DNA of 51,026 bases, taken from assembly GCA_025355445.1 (NCBI GenBank), contig JANXZQ010000236.1, forward strand, positions 1 through 51,026, written 5' to 3'. This DNA comes from Gammaproteobacteria bacterium (lineage in GTDB: Bacteria; Pseudomonadota; Gammaproteobacteria; Steroidobacterales; Steroidobacteraceae). Each line of letters starts with the position of its first letter. Within the stretch, counting starts at the first letter, position 1. The notes under the pieces were generated by a model. That model was not told where the DNA came from and did no database searches. It saw only the letters and a list, made by a program, of their open reading frames with translations. The position numbers and the translations under genes were made by a program. Positions 35,645 to 44,767 of this stretch are shown here, piece after piece.

Positions 35645-35845
35645 TTAGTGGATGCCGTGCGGCTCGATCCAGCCGAAATGATAGCCGGCCAGAATCAACG
35701 CAAACAGCGCCACAGACACGCTGATCCGAACCGTCAATGCCTGCGCCATTTGCTGGGCACGGTCAGGTCCCGAGGACATCGAGAACAGCGCGTGCCCGAG
35801 GCTGCCTATGATAGCAATCAGCAGAGCAACGATCAGGAATTGCAT
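35645..35845 (-). CDS. Twin-transmembrane-helix small protein (DUF2909-like)
   Basis: 'MQFLIVALLIAIIGSLGHALF...ALTVRISVSVALFALILAGYHFGWIEPHG'. Confidence 0.62.
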   Translation of the reverse strand: MQFLIVALLIAIIGSLGHALFSMSSGPDRAQQMAQALTVRISVSVALFALILAGYHFGWIEPHGIH

Positions 35846-36090
35846 ACGGCCCCCGGGGCATTCGTAACCGAGCTCGCGCTTGCGGTCGCGGCGGCTTCCG
35901 CGGCGCGCTGCTCAGCAGTCCGAGCCTCCCGTCGAACCGTGGCGATTACGGATGCCAGCGCAGCGAGCATGACGCCGACCATCGCCAGCATGACGATCAC
36001 CAGCCCGCCCGCCAGCCTCACGCACTCATACAGGCCCGCCAATACGCCGATCGGGGTCGTTACCATCAGCATTGGTTTAGCTATTTTCAT
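35833..36090 (-). CDS. Hypothetical small membrane protein
   Basis: 85-aa ORF with two hydrophobic helices and an Ala-rich tail. It overlaps the downstream gene by 13 nt. Confidence 0.4.
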   Translation of the reverse strand: MKIAKPMLMVTTPIGVLAGLYECVRLAGGLVIVMLAMVGVMLAALASVIATVRREARTAEQRAAEAAATASASSVTNAPGAVCNS

Positions 36091-36186
36091 GGCCTAAGTG
36101 TGCCAGAGCGGCATCCGCATAACAGACACAGGGCCGCGCGAAAAAAAGCGGTACAGTTCTTCGCACACGTCAGCCGTCCGAGCGCA

Positions 36187-36453
36187 TCAACCAAATCGAG
36201 CAGCGGATCTATCTTTCGCGCGCGCCGCTTCGATTTCTCGATCGCGCGGATCGGCGCTGGTCACCAGCGACTGGATCAAGGCGCGCGCCGCGGCTGCGAC
36301 CTCCTCGACGGCGCGGTCAAAAGCCGCCTGATTGGCTTTTGAAGGATGGGTGAAGCCGCTCAACTTACGGACGAACTGCAACGAGGATGCGTTGATCTCC
36401 AGTTCGGTCGCCGGCGGCTCGAAATTGAACAGCGTTTTGATATTTCGGCACAT
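36187..36453 (-). CDS. DUF2277 family protein
   Basis: 'MCRNIKTLFNFEPPATELEI..ASSLQFVRKLSGF..PSKANQAAF' is the characteristic N-terminus. Confidence 0.85.
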   Translation of the reverse strand: MCRNIKTLFNFEPPATELEINASSLQFVRKLSGFTHPSKANQAAFDRAVEEVAAAARALIQSLVTSADPRDREIEAARAKDRSAARFG

Positions 36454-36480
36454 GAGCGCTCTCCAAGATCTAAAGAAATG

Positions 36481-36747
36481 CTAGCGCAGCTGGCTGTCCT
36501 TGCTGCCGCGGCGGTTATAGCCGCTGAACCGAGCGTGATCGCTGTCCTGCGCATCCTGGCACGCGACGCACAGTCGCACCCCCGGAATCGCCGTTTGACG
36601 CGCCGCCGGGATCTCGCCTGCGCATTCCGCACAATGCGTAAGGCCAGGCCCCTGCGGCATCTGGCTCTTCGCACGCAGAATTCCATCCTTCACGGTCGCG
36701 TCGATCTGCTCTTGCACCGCGCCTTCAGCTGCCCACCCCGTCGCCAT
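36481..36747 (-). CDS. ybiI: DksA/TraR-family C4 zinc-finger protein, YbiI-like
   Basis: 'MATGWAAEGAVQEQIDATV..HCAECAGEIPAARQTAIPGVRLCVACQ..FSGYNRRGSKDSQLR' closely parallels E. coli YbiI. Confidence 0.9.
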   Translation of the reverse strand: MATGWAAEGAVQEQIDATVKDGILRAKSQMPQGPGLTHCAECAGEIPAARQTAIPGVRLCVACQDAQDSDHARFSGYNRRGSKDSQLR

Positions 36748-37006
36748 TTCACACTCCTGGAGCGATCACCTATCGCTATTGAATCATACCCAATGATGGT
36801 TGCCGAGCTAGCGTTTGCAACTAAGGGTTTAGTATCGCATGACAGTTCAATGACTTACGGTGCTAAAGTAATGCAATATCTCACACATAATCTCTGCAAC
36901 GGGCGACCCTTGCCCGTTCAAGCTCGTTAGTCGGCCTTTGGGGCATAATTGCGGGGCGTTGGGGGCCTCGGGCGGCGACGATCTGAAATGAAATGCGGGG
37001 ATATAG

Positions 37007-37507
37007 ATGGATAAAATGAGGCTATGGGGACTTTTTGGGTGCGCTCTGCTGGGCGGAGCCACCTATGCGGCGGACGTGCCGGACATCAAAGCAGGTCTGT
37101 GGGCGACTACGACGACCAGCGGCGACGCACAACTGCCCTCGGTGACCGCGAGCATGTGCAGCAGCACGGCGCTTTTGCAAACCCTTGTCGATCAACGGCT
37201 CAAAGGTCCCAATCATCCATGCAAACGGATCAACGCTACGCATAGCGGGACTACGATTACGGAGCTGTCCGAATGCAAATTCGGCGATACAGTGACCAAA
37301 TCCAAGTCTGTCACCGTTGTGACGGGGAATACCGCGGTACACACCGAGATTCGCCAGGAAGGGAACAGCAGCGTTATCGTGAGCGATAGTAAGTATGTAG
37401 GAGCCTGCCCGGCGGGAATGCAGCTCGGCGATTTCGTCGCTGACAATGGCATGAAGGCGAATATATTGCATCCGGAGAGCGCTACGCCGCCGCCGAAGAC
37501 TCCCTAA
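37007..37507 (+). CDS. Secreted hypothetical protein (DUF3617-like)
   Basis: Signal peptide 'MDKMRLWGLFGCALLGGATYA', 'IKAGLWATTTT' and four conserved-looking Cys. The family call is from memory. Confidence 0.6.
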   Translation: MDKMRLWGLFGCALLGGATYAADVPDIKAGLWATTTTSGDAQLPSVTASMCSSTALLQTLVDQRLKGPNHPCKRINATHSGTTITELSECKFGDTVTKSKSVTVVTGNTAVHTEIRQEGNSSVIVSDSKYVGACPAGMQLGDFVADNGMKANILHPESATPPPKTP

Positions 37508-37554
37508 CGGGTGGCAATTTGGCCGCTGCCGGTCTTGAGGCGCGCCCGTGATCG

Positions 37555-38424
37555 TTAAGCAGCCCGAACGCCTTCGTGCGGGCTGCAGAATTGACTCTGC
37601 ATGGCCGCTGCCTGACCCTCATCGATCTCGTCAGTCCATACCCGAAACAGCTGCAAGTACGACGTTCCGAACGCGGTGCTGATGGCCACGTCCGCCGCAT
37701 CTCGCCCGCGCGCAATCATGAGGCGTCCGATACGTCGGGCATTGTTGCGAGGGTCAAAGGTGTGCCACGCGCCGTCCAGAAACACTTCCATGCAGCCTGC
37801 GAAATCCATCGGCGCGTCGACCACGGGGACTCCTATATCACCCAGGTATCCAGTGGCGTAGCGGGCGGGAATGCTCATGGCGCGGCAGAAGCCGATCGCC
37901 AGGTGCGCCAGATCTCGGCAAACTCCTTGCTGCTCGCGGTAAGTTTCGAGCGCCGTCTTGGTGCACCGAGCGAATTGATAGCCAAATGCCACATGTCGAT
38001 TCACGAAATCACAAATCGCCTGGACGCGCAACCAGCCGGGCGCGTAATTCCCGAACAGGCGCAGCGCCTCGGGCGCCAGCAGGTCGCTTTCGATGTAGCG
38101 GCTGGGTAGCAAGTACATGAGAGCATCGTGTGGTAGGGCGCTAATCGGCGTCTCGAGCGCATTGCAGAACTCCGCCTCAGGAATTCCTGAATCCTCGATC
38201 AATCCCGCGGCGCTAATGCAGATGCGACCGGCCGGGGCTTCAAGCCGGGTGCACAGATTACCGAAGGCATCGAGGTAAGTAACCAGCGGCACCGCAGGAT
38301 CGGTATGCACAAAGTCGGTGACCACCATCCGCTGTTGCGGGTTAGGAATCGCGTTCAGCAATAACACCATGGGGGTCGGCTGTGGGCAGTAGAAAGCTAG
38401 TTCATAGCCAAAGCTGATTTTCAC
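37555..38424 (-). CDS. Transglutaminase-like cysteine-protease-fold protein
   Basis: A GTG start at 38424 gives 'VKISFGYELAFYCPQPTPMVLLL'. The core is 'QQGVCRDLAHLAIGFCRAMSIPARYATGYL...MDFAGCMEVFLDGAWHTFDP' (Cys-His-Asp). Confidence 0.85.
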   Translation of the reverse strand: MKISFGYELAFYCPQPTPMVLLLNAIPNPQQRMVVTDFVHTDPAVPLVTYLDAFGNLCTRLEAPAGRICISAAGLIEDSGIPEAEFCNALETPISALPHDALMYLLPSRYIESDLLAPEALRLFGNYAPGWLRVQAICDFVNRHVAFGYQFARCTKTALETYREQQGVCRDLAHLAIGFCRAMSIPARYATGYLGDIGVPVVDAPMDFAGCMEVFLDGAWHTFDPRNNARRIGRLMIARGRDAADVAISTAFGTSYLQLFRVWTDEIDEGQAAAMQSQFCSPHEGVRAA

Positions 38425-38632
38425 GGTCGCACCTTCTCGCAGTTCGGTTGGGCAGTTTTGTTGACTGGCCCATCGGCCTTGGGATTGCCACGGCAGACTA
38501 TAAATTCCGGGACCGGCGGGCAAAATTCCTCGCGCCCGCATATTGGTGTAGGACTCGTCTGGGTAGACGGTTTATCCTAGTGCGTGCGGCATTCCGGATG
38601 CGGGCTGCAAATCATCTTTCTACAAGGTCATC

Positions 38633-40351
38633 ATGAAAATAAGAGTCTATTTGAGTTCGGCATTGTTGTTCACCGTCTGCGCAGCACTACTGCCGCTCGG
38701 CGCATCCGGCGCTGAAGACCGCATCCTGATCAACGGCAAGATTTTCACCGCTAATCCACAGCAACCTTACGCAGAGGCCGTCTCGTTCCGTGACGGCAAG
38801 ATCCTCGCAGTGGGCAATCGTCATGATGTGGAAGCAAGCGTCGGCAGCGGTGCCCAAGTCACCGACCTGGACGGCAAGACTCTGCTGCCCGGCCTGATAG
38901 ACAGTCATGTGCACGCCGTTTACGGCGGCGTAGGACTGCTATCGGCTGACGCCAAGAACAACATTGCGAATGTCGACGCGCTGGCGGCCTTCGTCGCGGA
39001 GGCCAAGAGCAGTGGGCGCGGGATGAGCGGCGACGTGCTGGTAGTCACTGGGGTACCGCTGGGCATTTGGTCGCACAACGCGGAGTTGAATGCGCGCTTC
39101 AATGGCGGCGCCTATGTCAATCAGCCCGTATTCATGGGCGGCATGGATGGTCACACCGGTTGGTCGAATGCGGTATTGCGCAAACGCGCCGGCCTGGACA
39201 AAGCCATGATCGCCAAGCTCCCGGAAGAGAAGCGCAAGTACTACGGGTTGGAGAAAGACCTCACACCGAACGGCTTCGGAGTGGATGAGGGCTTGGACGT
39301 CATCAAGAAGAAGATTCCGCCAACCAATGCTCGCAAGAATCTGGCCGGCGCGCGCGCAGCTGTGGAATATTTGCACAGCATCGGCATTACCTCCTGGCTA
39401 GATCCACTTACCGACGCGCCCATACTCGCCGCCTACCGAGATCTAGCCGCCGCCGGAGGACTGACGGCCCACGTGGCCGCATTTCCATTGGTCAAGCCCG
39501 ATGACCCAAACTCTTTTAAGGACGCGCTGGCCCTGCGCGCCCAATTTGCCGGTATTCCCAACCTTACGCTCCCGGGTGTCAAGGTGTTCGCCGACGGTGT
39601 GGTCGAGTATCCCTCGCAAAGCGCCGCCATGACCGCGCCTTACGCCAACACCGGCAAGTTCGGCGATCTGCTGTTCAAGCCGGCGAACTTCGCCAAGCTG
39701 TGCATCGACGCCGACAAGCAGGGGCTGATCGTGCACACCCACGCTATCGGCGATTTGGCCGTGCATGAAGCGTTGAACGGTTATGAGGCCGCGCGCAAGG
39801 CCAACGGCAACAGCGGCTTGCCGCATACCATCACTCACTTGCAGTTCGTGCGCAGCGAAGATGTCGACCGATTCAAGCCGCTTGGCATCGTGGCCGCGTA
39901 TCAGCTGCTATGGGCCGAGTACGGTTTTGACACCATCGACCTCATCAAGCCCTATGTGGCCGCCGACATTTATGATTGGCAGTATCCGGCGCGTTCCATG
40001 TTGGATGCCGGCGCAGTGATTGCCGGCGCGAGCGATTGGCCGGTATCGACGCCGGAAGTCTTTAAAGGCATCTACCAGGCTGAGACTCGGCTCGGCGCGT
40101 GGCATGGCGAGAAGGGCGCCTTGAACGCCAGTCAGGATATGCCGCGCGAGGCCATGCTGTACGCCTACACCATCAACGCGGCGCGCGCGATGAAGCAGGA
40201 GGCCAACATCGGTTCCATCGAACCGGGCAAGGCGGCCGATTTCGCCCTGGTCGATCGCGATGTGCTCGCTGTGCCTGCCGAACAAATGCGGGACACAAAG
40301 GTGCTATGGACGATGGTCGCGGGCGAGTGGGTGTATCGCGCACTCAATTAG
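38633..40351 (+). CDS. Amidohydrolase_3 family metal-dependent hydrolase (YtcJ-like), secreted
   Basis: Signal peptide present. 'PGLIDSHVHAVYGG', 'VHTHAIGD', 'ITHLQF' and 'SDWPV' are the ligand blocks. Confidence 0.88.
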   Translation: MKIRVYLSSALLFTVCAALLPLGASGAEDRILINGKIFTANPQQPYAEAVSFRDGKILAVGNRHDVEASVGSGAQVTDLDGKTLLPGLIDSHVHAVYGGVGLLSADAKNNIANVDALAAFVAEAKSSGRGMSGDVLVVTGVPLGIWSHNAELNARFNGGAYVNQPVFMGGMDGHTGWSNAVLRKRAGLDKAMIAKLPEEKRKYYGLEKDLTPNGFGVDEGLDVIKKKIPPTNARKNLAGARAAVEYLHSIGITSWLDPLTDAPILAAYRDLAAAGGLTAHVAAFPLVKPDDPNSFKDALALRAQFAGIPNLTLPGVKVFADGVVEYPSQSAAMTAPYANTGKFGDLLFKPANFAKLCIDADKQGLIVHTHAIGDLAVHEALNGYEAARKANGNSGLPHTITHLQFVRSEDVDRFKPLGIVAAYQLLWAEYGFDTIDLIKPYVAADIYDWQYPARSMLDAGAVIAGASDWPVSTPEVFKGIYQAETRLGAWHGEKGALNASQDMPREAMLYAYTINAARAMKQEANIGSIEPGKAADFALVDRDVLAVPAEQMRDTKVLWTMVAGEWVYRALN

Positions 40352-40783
40352 TCCCTTCCTGAGAGCTTCCTCGATAAGGACCGCGTGATTGATCTGCGGG
40401 TCGCGCGCCGCGTAGAGCAACGTCACCCGTTGACCTGCGGCGCGTTCCGCCAGCTGCGCCAGCGCATCGCGATGCCCGGTCAGTTCAACGCGATAGCGTT
40501 GCCGAAAGTCCTGCCATCGAAGAGGTTCGTGACCGAACCACTTGCGCAGTTCGGTGCTGGGCGCTATCTCCTTCAGCCACTCGTCGAGTTTCGCGTTTTC
40601 GCGCGTCACACCGCGCGGCCAGAGCCGATCCACCAGGACGCGATAGCCATCCTTGGACACCGGCTTCGCATAGATCCGTTTGACCTGCAGATTAAGTGCA
40701 CACGAAGTCTGGGATTGCGCCTCGAACTCATGCATCAAGCAGGCGGGGGAGGCGTACTGGCGTTTTTGCTGCTTCGGATTCAT
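40304..40783 (-). CDS. DUF488 (YeaO-like) protein
   Basis: 'LQVKRIYAKPVSKDGYRVLVDRLWPRGVTRENAKLDEWLKEIAPSTELRKWFGHEP..FRQRY..VTLLYAARD' parallels YeaO. The ATG at 40783 overlaps the cupredoxin stop (ATGA), and the ATG at 40735 is an alternative. The 3' end overlaps the convergent amidohydrolase gene by 48 nt. Confidence 0.75.
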   Translation of the reverse strand: MNPKQQKRQYASPACLMHEFEAQSQTSCALNLQVKRIYAKPVSKDGYRVLVDRLWPRGVTRENAKLDEWLKEIAPSTELRKWFGHEPLRWQDFRQRYRVELTGHRDALAQLAERAAGQRVTLLYAARDPQINHAVLIEEALRKGLIECAIHPLARDHRP

Positions 40784-41118
40784 TGCACCTGCAATGTACC
40801 ATTCATATTCGGATGCAACGTGCAGGCGTATGCAATAGTACCCGAGCGCCGCATCACGTGGGTCCAGGTGCCCCCAGCCGCAATGCTGTGCGAGCCAAAT
40901 GACCCGGGGGCGGTGACGGTATGAGGGAAGGGGTCCTTGTTTATCCACTTCACCCGATCCCCGCGTTTAACCGTCAGGGCGGCCGGCTTGTATGCCACTC
41001 CCTCGATAACGACAGTCTGGAGCGAAACGCCGTCGGCCGCGCACGCTCCATGCACCAGCGCCATGATCGCCGCCGCACCGAGCGCAGCGGTTTTCCGCGC
41101 CGTGCCGCGGTGAGTCAT
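40780..41118 (-). CDS. Cupredoxin (type-1 blue copper protein, plastocyanin/amicyanin-like), secreted
   Basis: SD GGGAGA and a signal peptide. The copper ligands are 'PFPHTV' and 'YACTLHPNM' (C-x2-H-x2-M). Confidence 0.85.
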   Translation of the reverse strand: MTHRGTARKTAALGAAAIMALVHGACAADGVSLQTVVIEGVAYKPAALTVKRGDRVKWINKDPFPHTVTAPGSFGSHSIAAGGTWTHVMRRSGTIAYACTLHPNMNGTLQVQ

Positions 41119-41141
41119 CTCGTTCTCCCGCCGATCGCAAG

Positions 41142-41660
41142 TTACTTGTTGAGCGTAACCTGGATTTTCTGAGCGTGTTCCAGGTGCGCGACGAAAGCCG
41201 GCCGCACCGCGACCAGGAGAGCCTTGAGTTCGGCGTTTTGGGCATTCGGGATCAAAGCTTTGTCGAGGGCATCGATCACTTGCTGGTGATAGGCCACTTC
41301 ATGGGCCACATAGGCCTTGTCAAAAGCAACGCCACTGAGGGCTTTGAGCGTTTTGAGGTTCTCCACCCCACCGGCAGCCAATGCTTGGCTGGTGGCATTA
41401 TCCTCCGGCGTAACTTTCAGCTTCGTCACCAGTGCAACGGCCTGCTTGTTGACGCCGGAATGATCGGCAACCATCAGTTTGGCGAAGTCTTTGACTTCAG
41501 CACCGTGGCCGCGCATTTGCGCCAGTTTTCCCGCATCGATGTCCACTTGATTCGCGGTTACCACAATGGCGGCAATTTGGGCATCGCTCGCGCTCTGAGC
41601 GAAAGCGGCGGTAGCGACCAGTATTAGGGCCGCGGTCAGTATCGGACTGAGTGTTTTCAC
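41142..41660 (-). CDS. DUF4142 domain protein, secreted
   Basis: GTG start with AAGGAA and signal peptide 'MKTLSPILTAALILVATAAFA'. Two helical repeats, 'QVDIDAGKLAQ..FAKLMVADH' and 'FDKAYVAHEVAYHQQVIDAL', are typical of DUF4142. Confidence 0.75.
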   Translation of the reverse strand: MKTLSPILTAALILVATAAFAQSASDAQIAAIVVTANQVDIDAGKLAQMRGHGAEVKDFAKLMVADHSGVNKQAVALVTKLKVTPEDNATSQALAAGGVENLKTLKALSGVAFDKAYVAHEVAYHQQVIDALDKALIPNAQNAELKALLVAVRPAFVAHLEHAQKIQVTLNK

Positions 41661-41749
41661 GTTCTAATTCCTTATGTAAGCGTTCCGCCCTCGCGGATAC
41701 AGTGGGTCAGGCGGGATTAGATGCGCAATACCCCGTTTGCGTTCCCGGA

Positions 41750-42463
41750 TCAGAGTTGTGCGACGGATGCGCTCCGCAAATGCTCGAGTACATGCGCGAC
41801 GATGCAATCGCAGCGCGAGCCGCCGAATTCGAAAACACGCCCCGTGATGGAATCCATCTCGAGGCTCAGAGACTCGCGTAGCTGCGCTCGCGCCCTGTGC
41901 AATCGAGATCGGACCGTTGCGGCGGGGATCGACAGGCACTCCGCCGTCTCCTCCACACTCATATCGTCGACTTCACGCATGATGAACACGGTTCTGAAGA
42001 CCAGCGGCAGCGCATCGATTTTTTGTTCCAGGAGTCCGCGAAGTTGCGCTTGGAAAGCGATCCGGTCGGGCGACTCACTGGGGCGTTCGTCCACAAATGA
42101 CTCCTGCGCCCGTAACGAATGACGATGTTCAACGGCAATGCCCACGACCACGTCGTCCTTGCGTCGGGCCCTCAACCGGCCGAGCGCCTGATTAATGACG
42201 ATACGGGTCAACCACGTGGAGAGCTTCGCCAGGCCTTGAAATCGCTTCATGCCCCGGTAAGCGGCAATATACGATTCCTGCAGCGCGTCTTCCGCGTCCG
42301 CATCGTTTTTCAAGATCGCGCGGGCGACGCGAAACAGCTTGGCGTTATGGCGGCGCATCAGAACTTCAAAGGCCACTTCGTCGTGGAGCAGAATTCGCTC
42401 CACCAGCACCGATTCATCGATGGCTTCGCATTCGGTCCGGGCTGTCACAGTGGGCGAGGTCAT
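41750..42463 (-). CDS. ECF sigma factor with short Cys/His-containing C-terminal tail
   Basis: Sigma2 'FEVLMRRHNAKLFRVARAILKNDADAEDALQESYIAAYRGMKRF..STWLTRIVINQAL' and sigma4 'FIMREVDDMSVEETAECLSIPAATVRSRLHRARAQLR', followed by 'SLEMDSITGRVFEFGGSRCDCIVAHVLEHLRSASVAQL'. Confidence 0.88.
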   Translation of the reverse strand: MTSPTVTARTECEAIDESVLVERILLHDEVAFEVLMRRHNAKLFRVARAILKNDADAEDALQESYIAAYRGMKRFQGLAKLSTWLTRIVINQALGRLRARRKDDVVVGIAVEHRHSLRAQESFVDERPSESPDRIAFQAQLRGLLEQKIDALPLVFRTVFIMREVDDMSVEETAECLSIPAATVRSRLHRARAQLRESLSLEMDSITGRVFEFGGSRCDCIVAHVLEHLRSASVAQL

Positions 42464-42489
42464 ACCTGTCCTTGAGAGTGGTTAGTCCA

Positions 42490-42519
42490 TTAGATGCCTC
42501 TGCCGGCCATCCCGTTCCC
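42490..42519 (-). promoter_or_regulatory. Candidate ECF-type autoregulatory promoter (GGGAAC-N19-TCTAA)
   Basis: Read on the minus strand about 30 nt upstream of the sigma start codon. The spacing is one nt longer than the classical RpoE-type spacing. Confidence 0.3.
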
Positions 42520-42802
42520 GCCGGGTCACTCAAATTTCTCCAAGAAGACGAGCCGGCTGCGGTAATAACAGGGTAGGGAAGGGCCGCTGGATACGGGCGA
42601 TTAATTGTCGTGAACGGCGTAGTGGCGTACTTCAGGCTCTCCTTGAAGATGCTGATCCCCGGCGAAACGCCCGGGCGTCGATTGAACATATATCAAATCC
42701 GCCTGCGCAAATCGGAAGTGCGGGGCTGACCGTCTTGCACGCTGCGCTGAAAAGCATAGGCATGTTAGTCTCGGCACACGACAATAGGGGAGAGGGAGGC
42801 GC

Positions 42803-44767
42803 ATGGAATCACGAAAGCCTTGGAACTCCAGAATTGCCGCCGCGTTCGGGTGTACTGCCCTGTGGTTGGCCGGCGGCGCGGGCGCCGTACCTGGCACCAT
42901 TAAAGTGGGTTCGCTCACCCTCACTTATTGCAACACGGATTACAACGGATATTGCGGCACCATCGAGCGTCCGATCGACCCCAGCGGAGTCGTGAAAGGG
43001 AAAATCACCGTGGGGTTCGAATACTACCCGCGGACCGATCTGACCAAGGCCCGCCTTGGGACCATTCTGCCGCAGGAGGGCGGTCCGGGTTACTCATCGA
43101 CCGGCACGCGCGATTACTACCTGAGCCTGTTCGATGCGCTGCGCGATCGCCGCGATGTGCTCATCATCGACAAGCGCGGCACGGGTTTGTCGGATCCCAT
43201 CGATTGCCCGGATCTGCAGACGGGCTCCGCGGATCTTGATGCCGTCGCCGCCTGCGCCATGCAGCTGGGGAACACGGCCTGGTTCTATGGCACCGACTAC
43301 GCCGTCAACGACATTGTCGCGGTAATGGATGCCCTCGACGTGGATGATGCGGATTTCTATGGCGACAGCTACGGAACATTCGTCGGACAAGTTTTCGCGG
43401 GACTGTATCCCAATCGCCTGCGCAGTATCATTTTGGACAGCGCCTATCCCGTTCGCGCTCCCGATCCGTGGTTTGCGACGGATTGGGCTGCCGCCTGGTC
43501 GGGTATCGGTTCGAGTTGCGTGCGTTCGCCCAGCTGCAGCGCGCTGGGCGGTACCGCGACCGCGCGAATGCAGCAAATCGTGAATTACGTGCGCCAACAT
43601 TCGATCAAGGGCACTGCGCCGGACGGCAACGGCGACCCGCAGCCGACGACGCTCGACACCGGCGCCCTCATCTACCTGATCGATTCCGCCGGTTACGGCC
43701 CTCCCATCTATCGGGATCTAGACGCCGCTGCTCGAGCGTGGCTGAATTCCAAGGATGCACTACCGCTGTTGCGCCTGGTGGCCGAAGTCAATACGGCGAG
43801 CGTCGATGATCCGATCGACTACAGTTACGGCTTGGCCACGGCCGTGACCTGCGCGGACTACCCGATGCTGTACGACCTTAATGCCTACCGCACGCAACGC
43901 AACCGCCAGTACGCCAATGCGCTGCAAGACGCGCGCGTACAGCGCCCGGATCTGTTTGCGCCATTCACGGTCGACGAAGGCATCGATTCTCAGGTGTACA
44001 TCACGCCGCTCGATACCTGTCTTCCATGGCCGGTGCCGCCCAAGAGCTTGAGTCCAGGTGCGCCCGGTGCGCCCTTGCCACCCAGCGCGCATTTTCCTGC
44101 GGTGCCCACCCTGGTGTTGTCCGGCGACCTGGATTCCATCACTTCGGTGATCGACGCCAATGAGACCACGCAGCAGTTTCCCAATGCGGTTCACGTCGTG
44201 GTTCCCAATCTAGGACATGTGGTCGCGGACGGTGATTTCATCGGCTGTACGCTCGGCATCGTCCAGCGCTTCGTGAAGAACCTCTCTCCAGGAAATACCA
44301 ATTGCGTGCAGAAGGTGCGTCCGGTCCGCACGGTACCGCAATTCGCAGCCAATGCCGCCGACCTAGGCCCACTCGTGGCGCGTTCCGGCAACAAGGCGTC
44401 CGACGCACAGCGGCGCATCGCTGCCGCCGGACTTGAGGCGGTCGGCGACATCATTGCCCGCTACTATGTGACCTATAACTACGTCGGCAGCGGGCTACGC
44501 GGCGGAACGTTCACCTATGAAGCGACGGACGTGGGCTACGACTTCAATCTGAAGGGCGTTCAATTCACCCAGGATGTCGCGGTATCCGGCACGGTGTCCT
44601 GGGACCAAACCACGAACATCATTACTGCGCAGGTATCCCTGAAGAGCGCCGGCCAACCAGTGGGCACGCTCTCGATTCGCTGGAACGACGCGAACATCAA
44701 CGCCGTCGCATCGGTCAGCGGAACCATTCAAGGGGCGGCACTTAACGCGGAGCGAATCGCACCCTAG
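42803..44767 (+). CDS. Secreted alpha/beta hydrolase (TAP/tripeptidyl-aminopeptidase-like, S33) with extra C-terminal domain
   Basis: SD GGGGAGAGGGAGG and a signal peptide. 'VLIIDKRGTGLS', nucleophile elbow 'FYGDSYGTFVG', and the TAP-like C-terminal block 'VPTLVLSGDLDSITS..PNLGH'. Confidence 0.85.
   Translation: MESRKPWNSRIAAAFGCTALWLAGGAGAVPGTIKVGSLTLTYCNTDYNGYCGTIERPIDPSGVVKGKITVGFEYYPRTDLTKARLGTILPQEGGPGYSSTGTRDYYLSLFDALRDRRDVLIIDKRGTGLSDPIDCPDLQTGSADLDAVAACAMQLGNTAWFYGTDYAVNDIVAVMDALDVDDADFYGDSYGTFVGQVFAGLYPNRLRSIILDSAYPVRAPDPWFATDWAAAWSGIGSSCVRSPSCSALGGTATARMQQIVNYVRQHSIKGTAPDGNGDPQPTTLDTGALIYLIDSAGYGPPIYRDLDAAARAWLNSKDALPLLRLVAEVNTASVDDPIDYSYGLATAVTCADYPMLYDLNAYRTQRNRQYANALQDARVQRPDLFAPFTVDEGIDSQVYITPLDTCLPWPVPPKSLSPGAPGAPLPPSAHFPAVPTLVLSGDLDSITSVIDANETTQQFPNAVHVVVPNLGHVVADGDFIGCTLGIVQRFVKNLSPGNTNCVQKVRPVRTVPQFAANAADLGPLVARSGNKASDAQRRIAAAGLEAVGDIIARYYVTYNYVGSGLRGGTFTYEATDVGYDFNLKGVQFTQDVAVSGTVSWDQTTNIITAQVSLKSAGQPVGTLSIRWNDANINAVASVSGTIQGAALNAERIAP

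Noticed and set aside
36555-36575. TGGCAC motifs inside coding regions. The other two are near 47046 and 47620.
   Set aside because: They have no GC dinucleotide at the -12 spacing and all lie inside well-supported CDSs.
41750-41870. Calling the ECF tail a CorE-type cysteine-rich copper-sensing domain
   Set aside because: The tail holds only two Cys (C-x-C) plus two His, whereas CorE-like sigma factors are described with a longer Cys-rich domain. The copper link rests only on the neighbouring cupredoxin, so it is kept as a hypothesis and not as an annotation.
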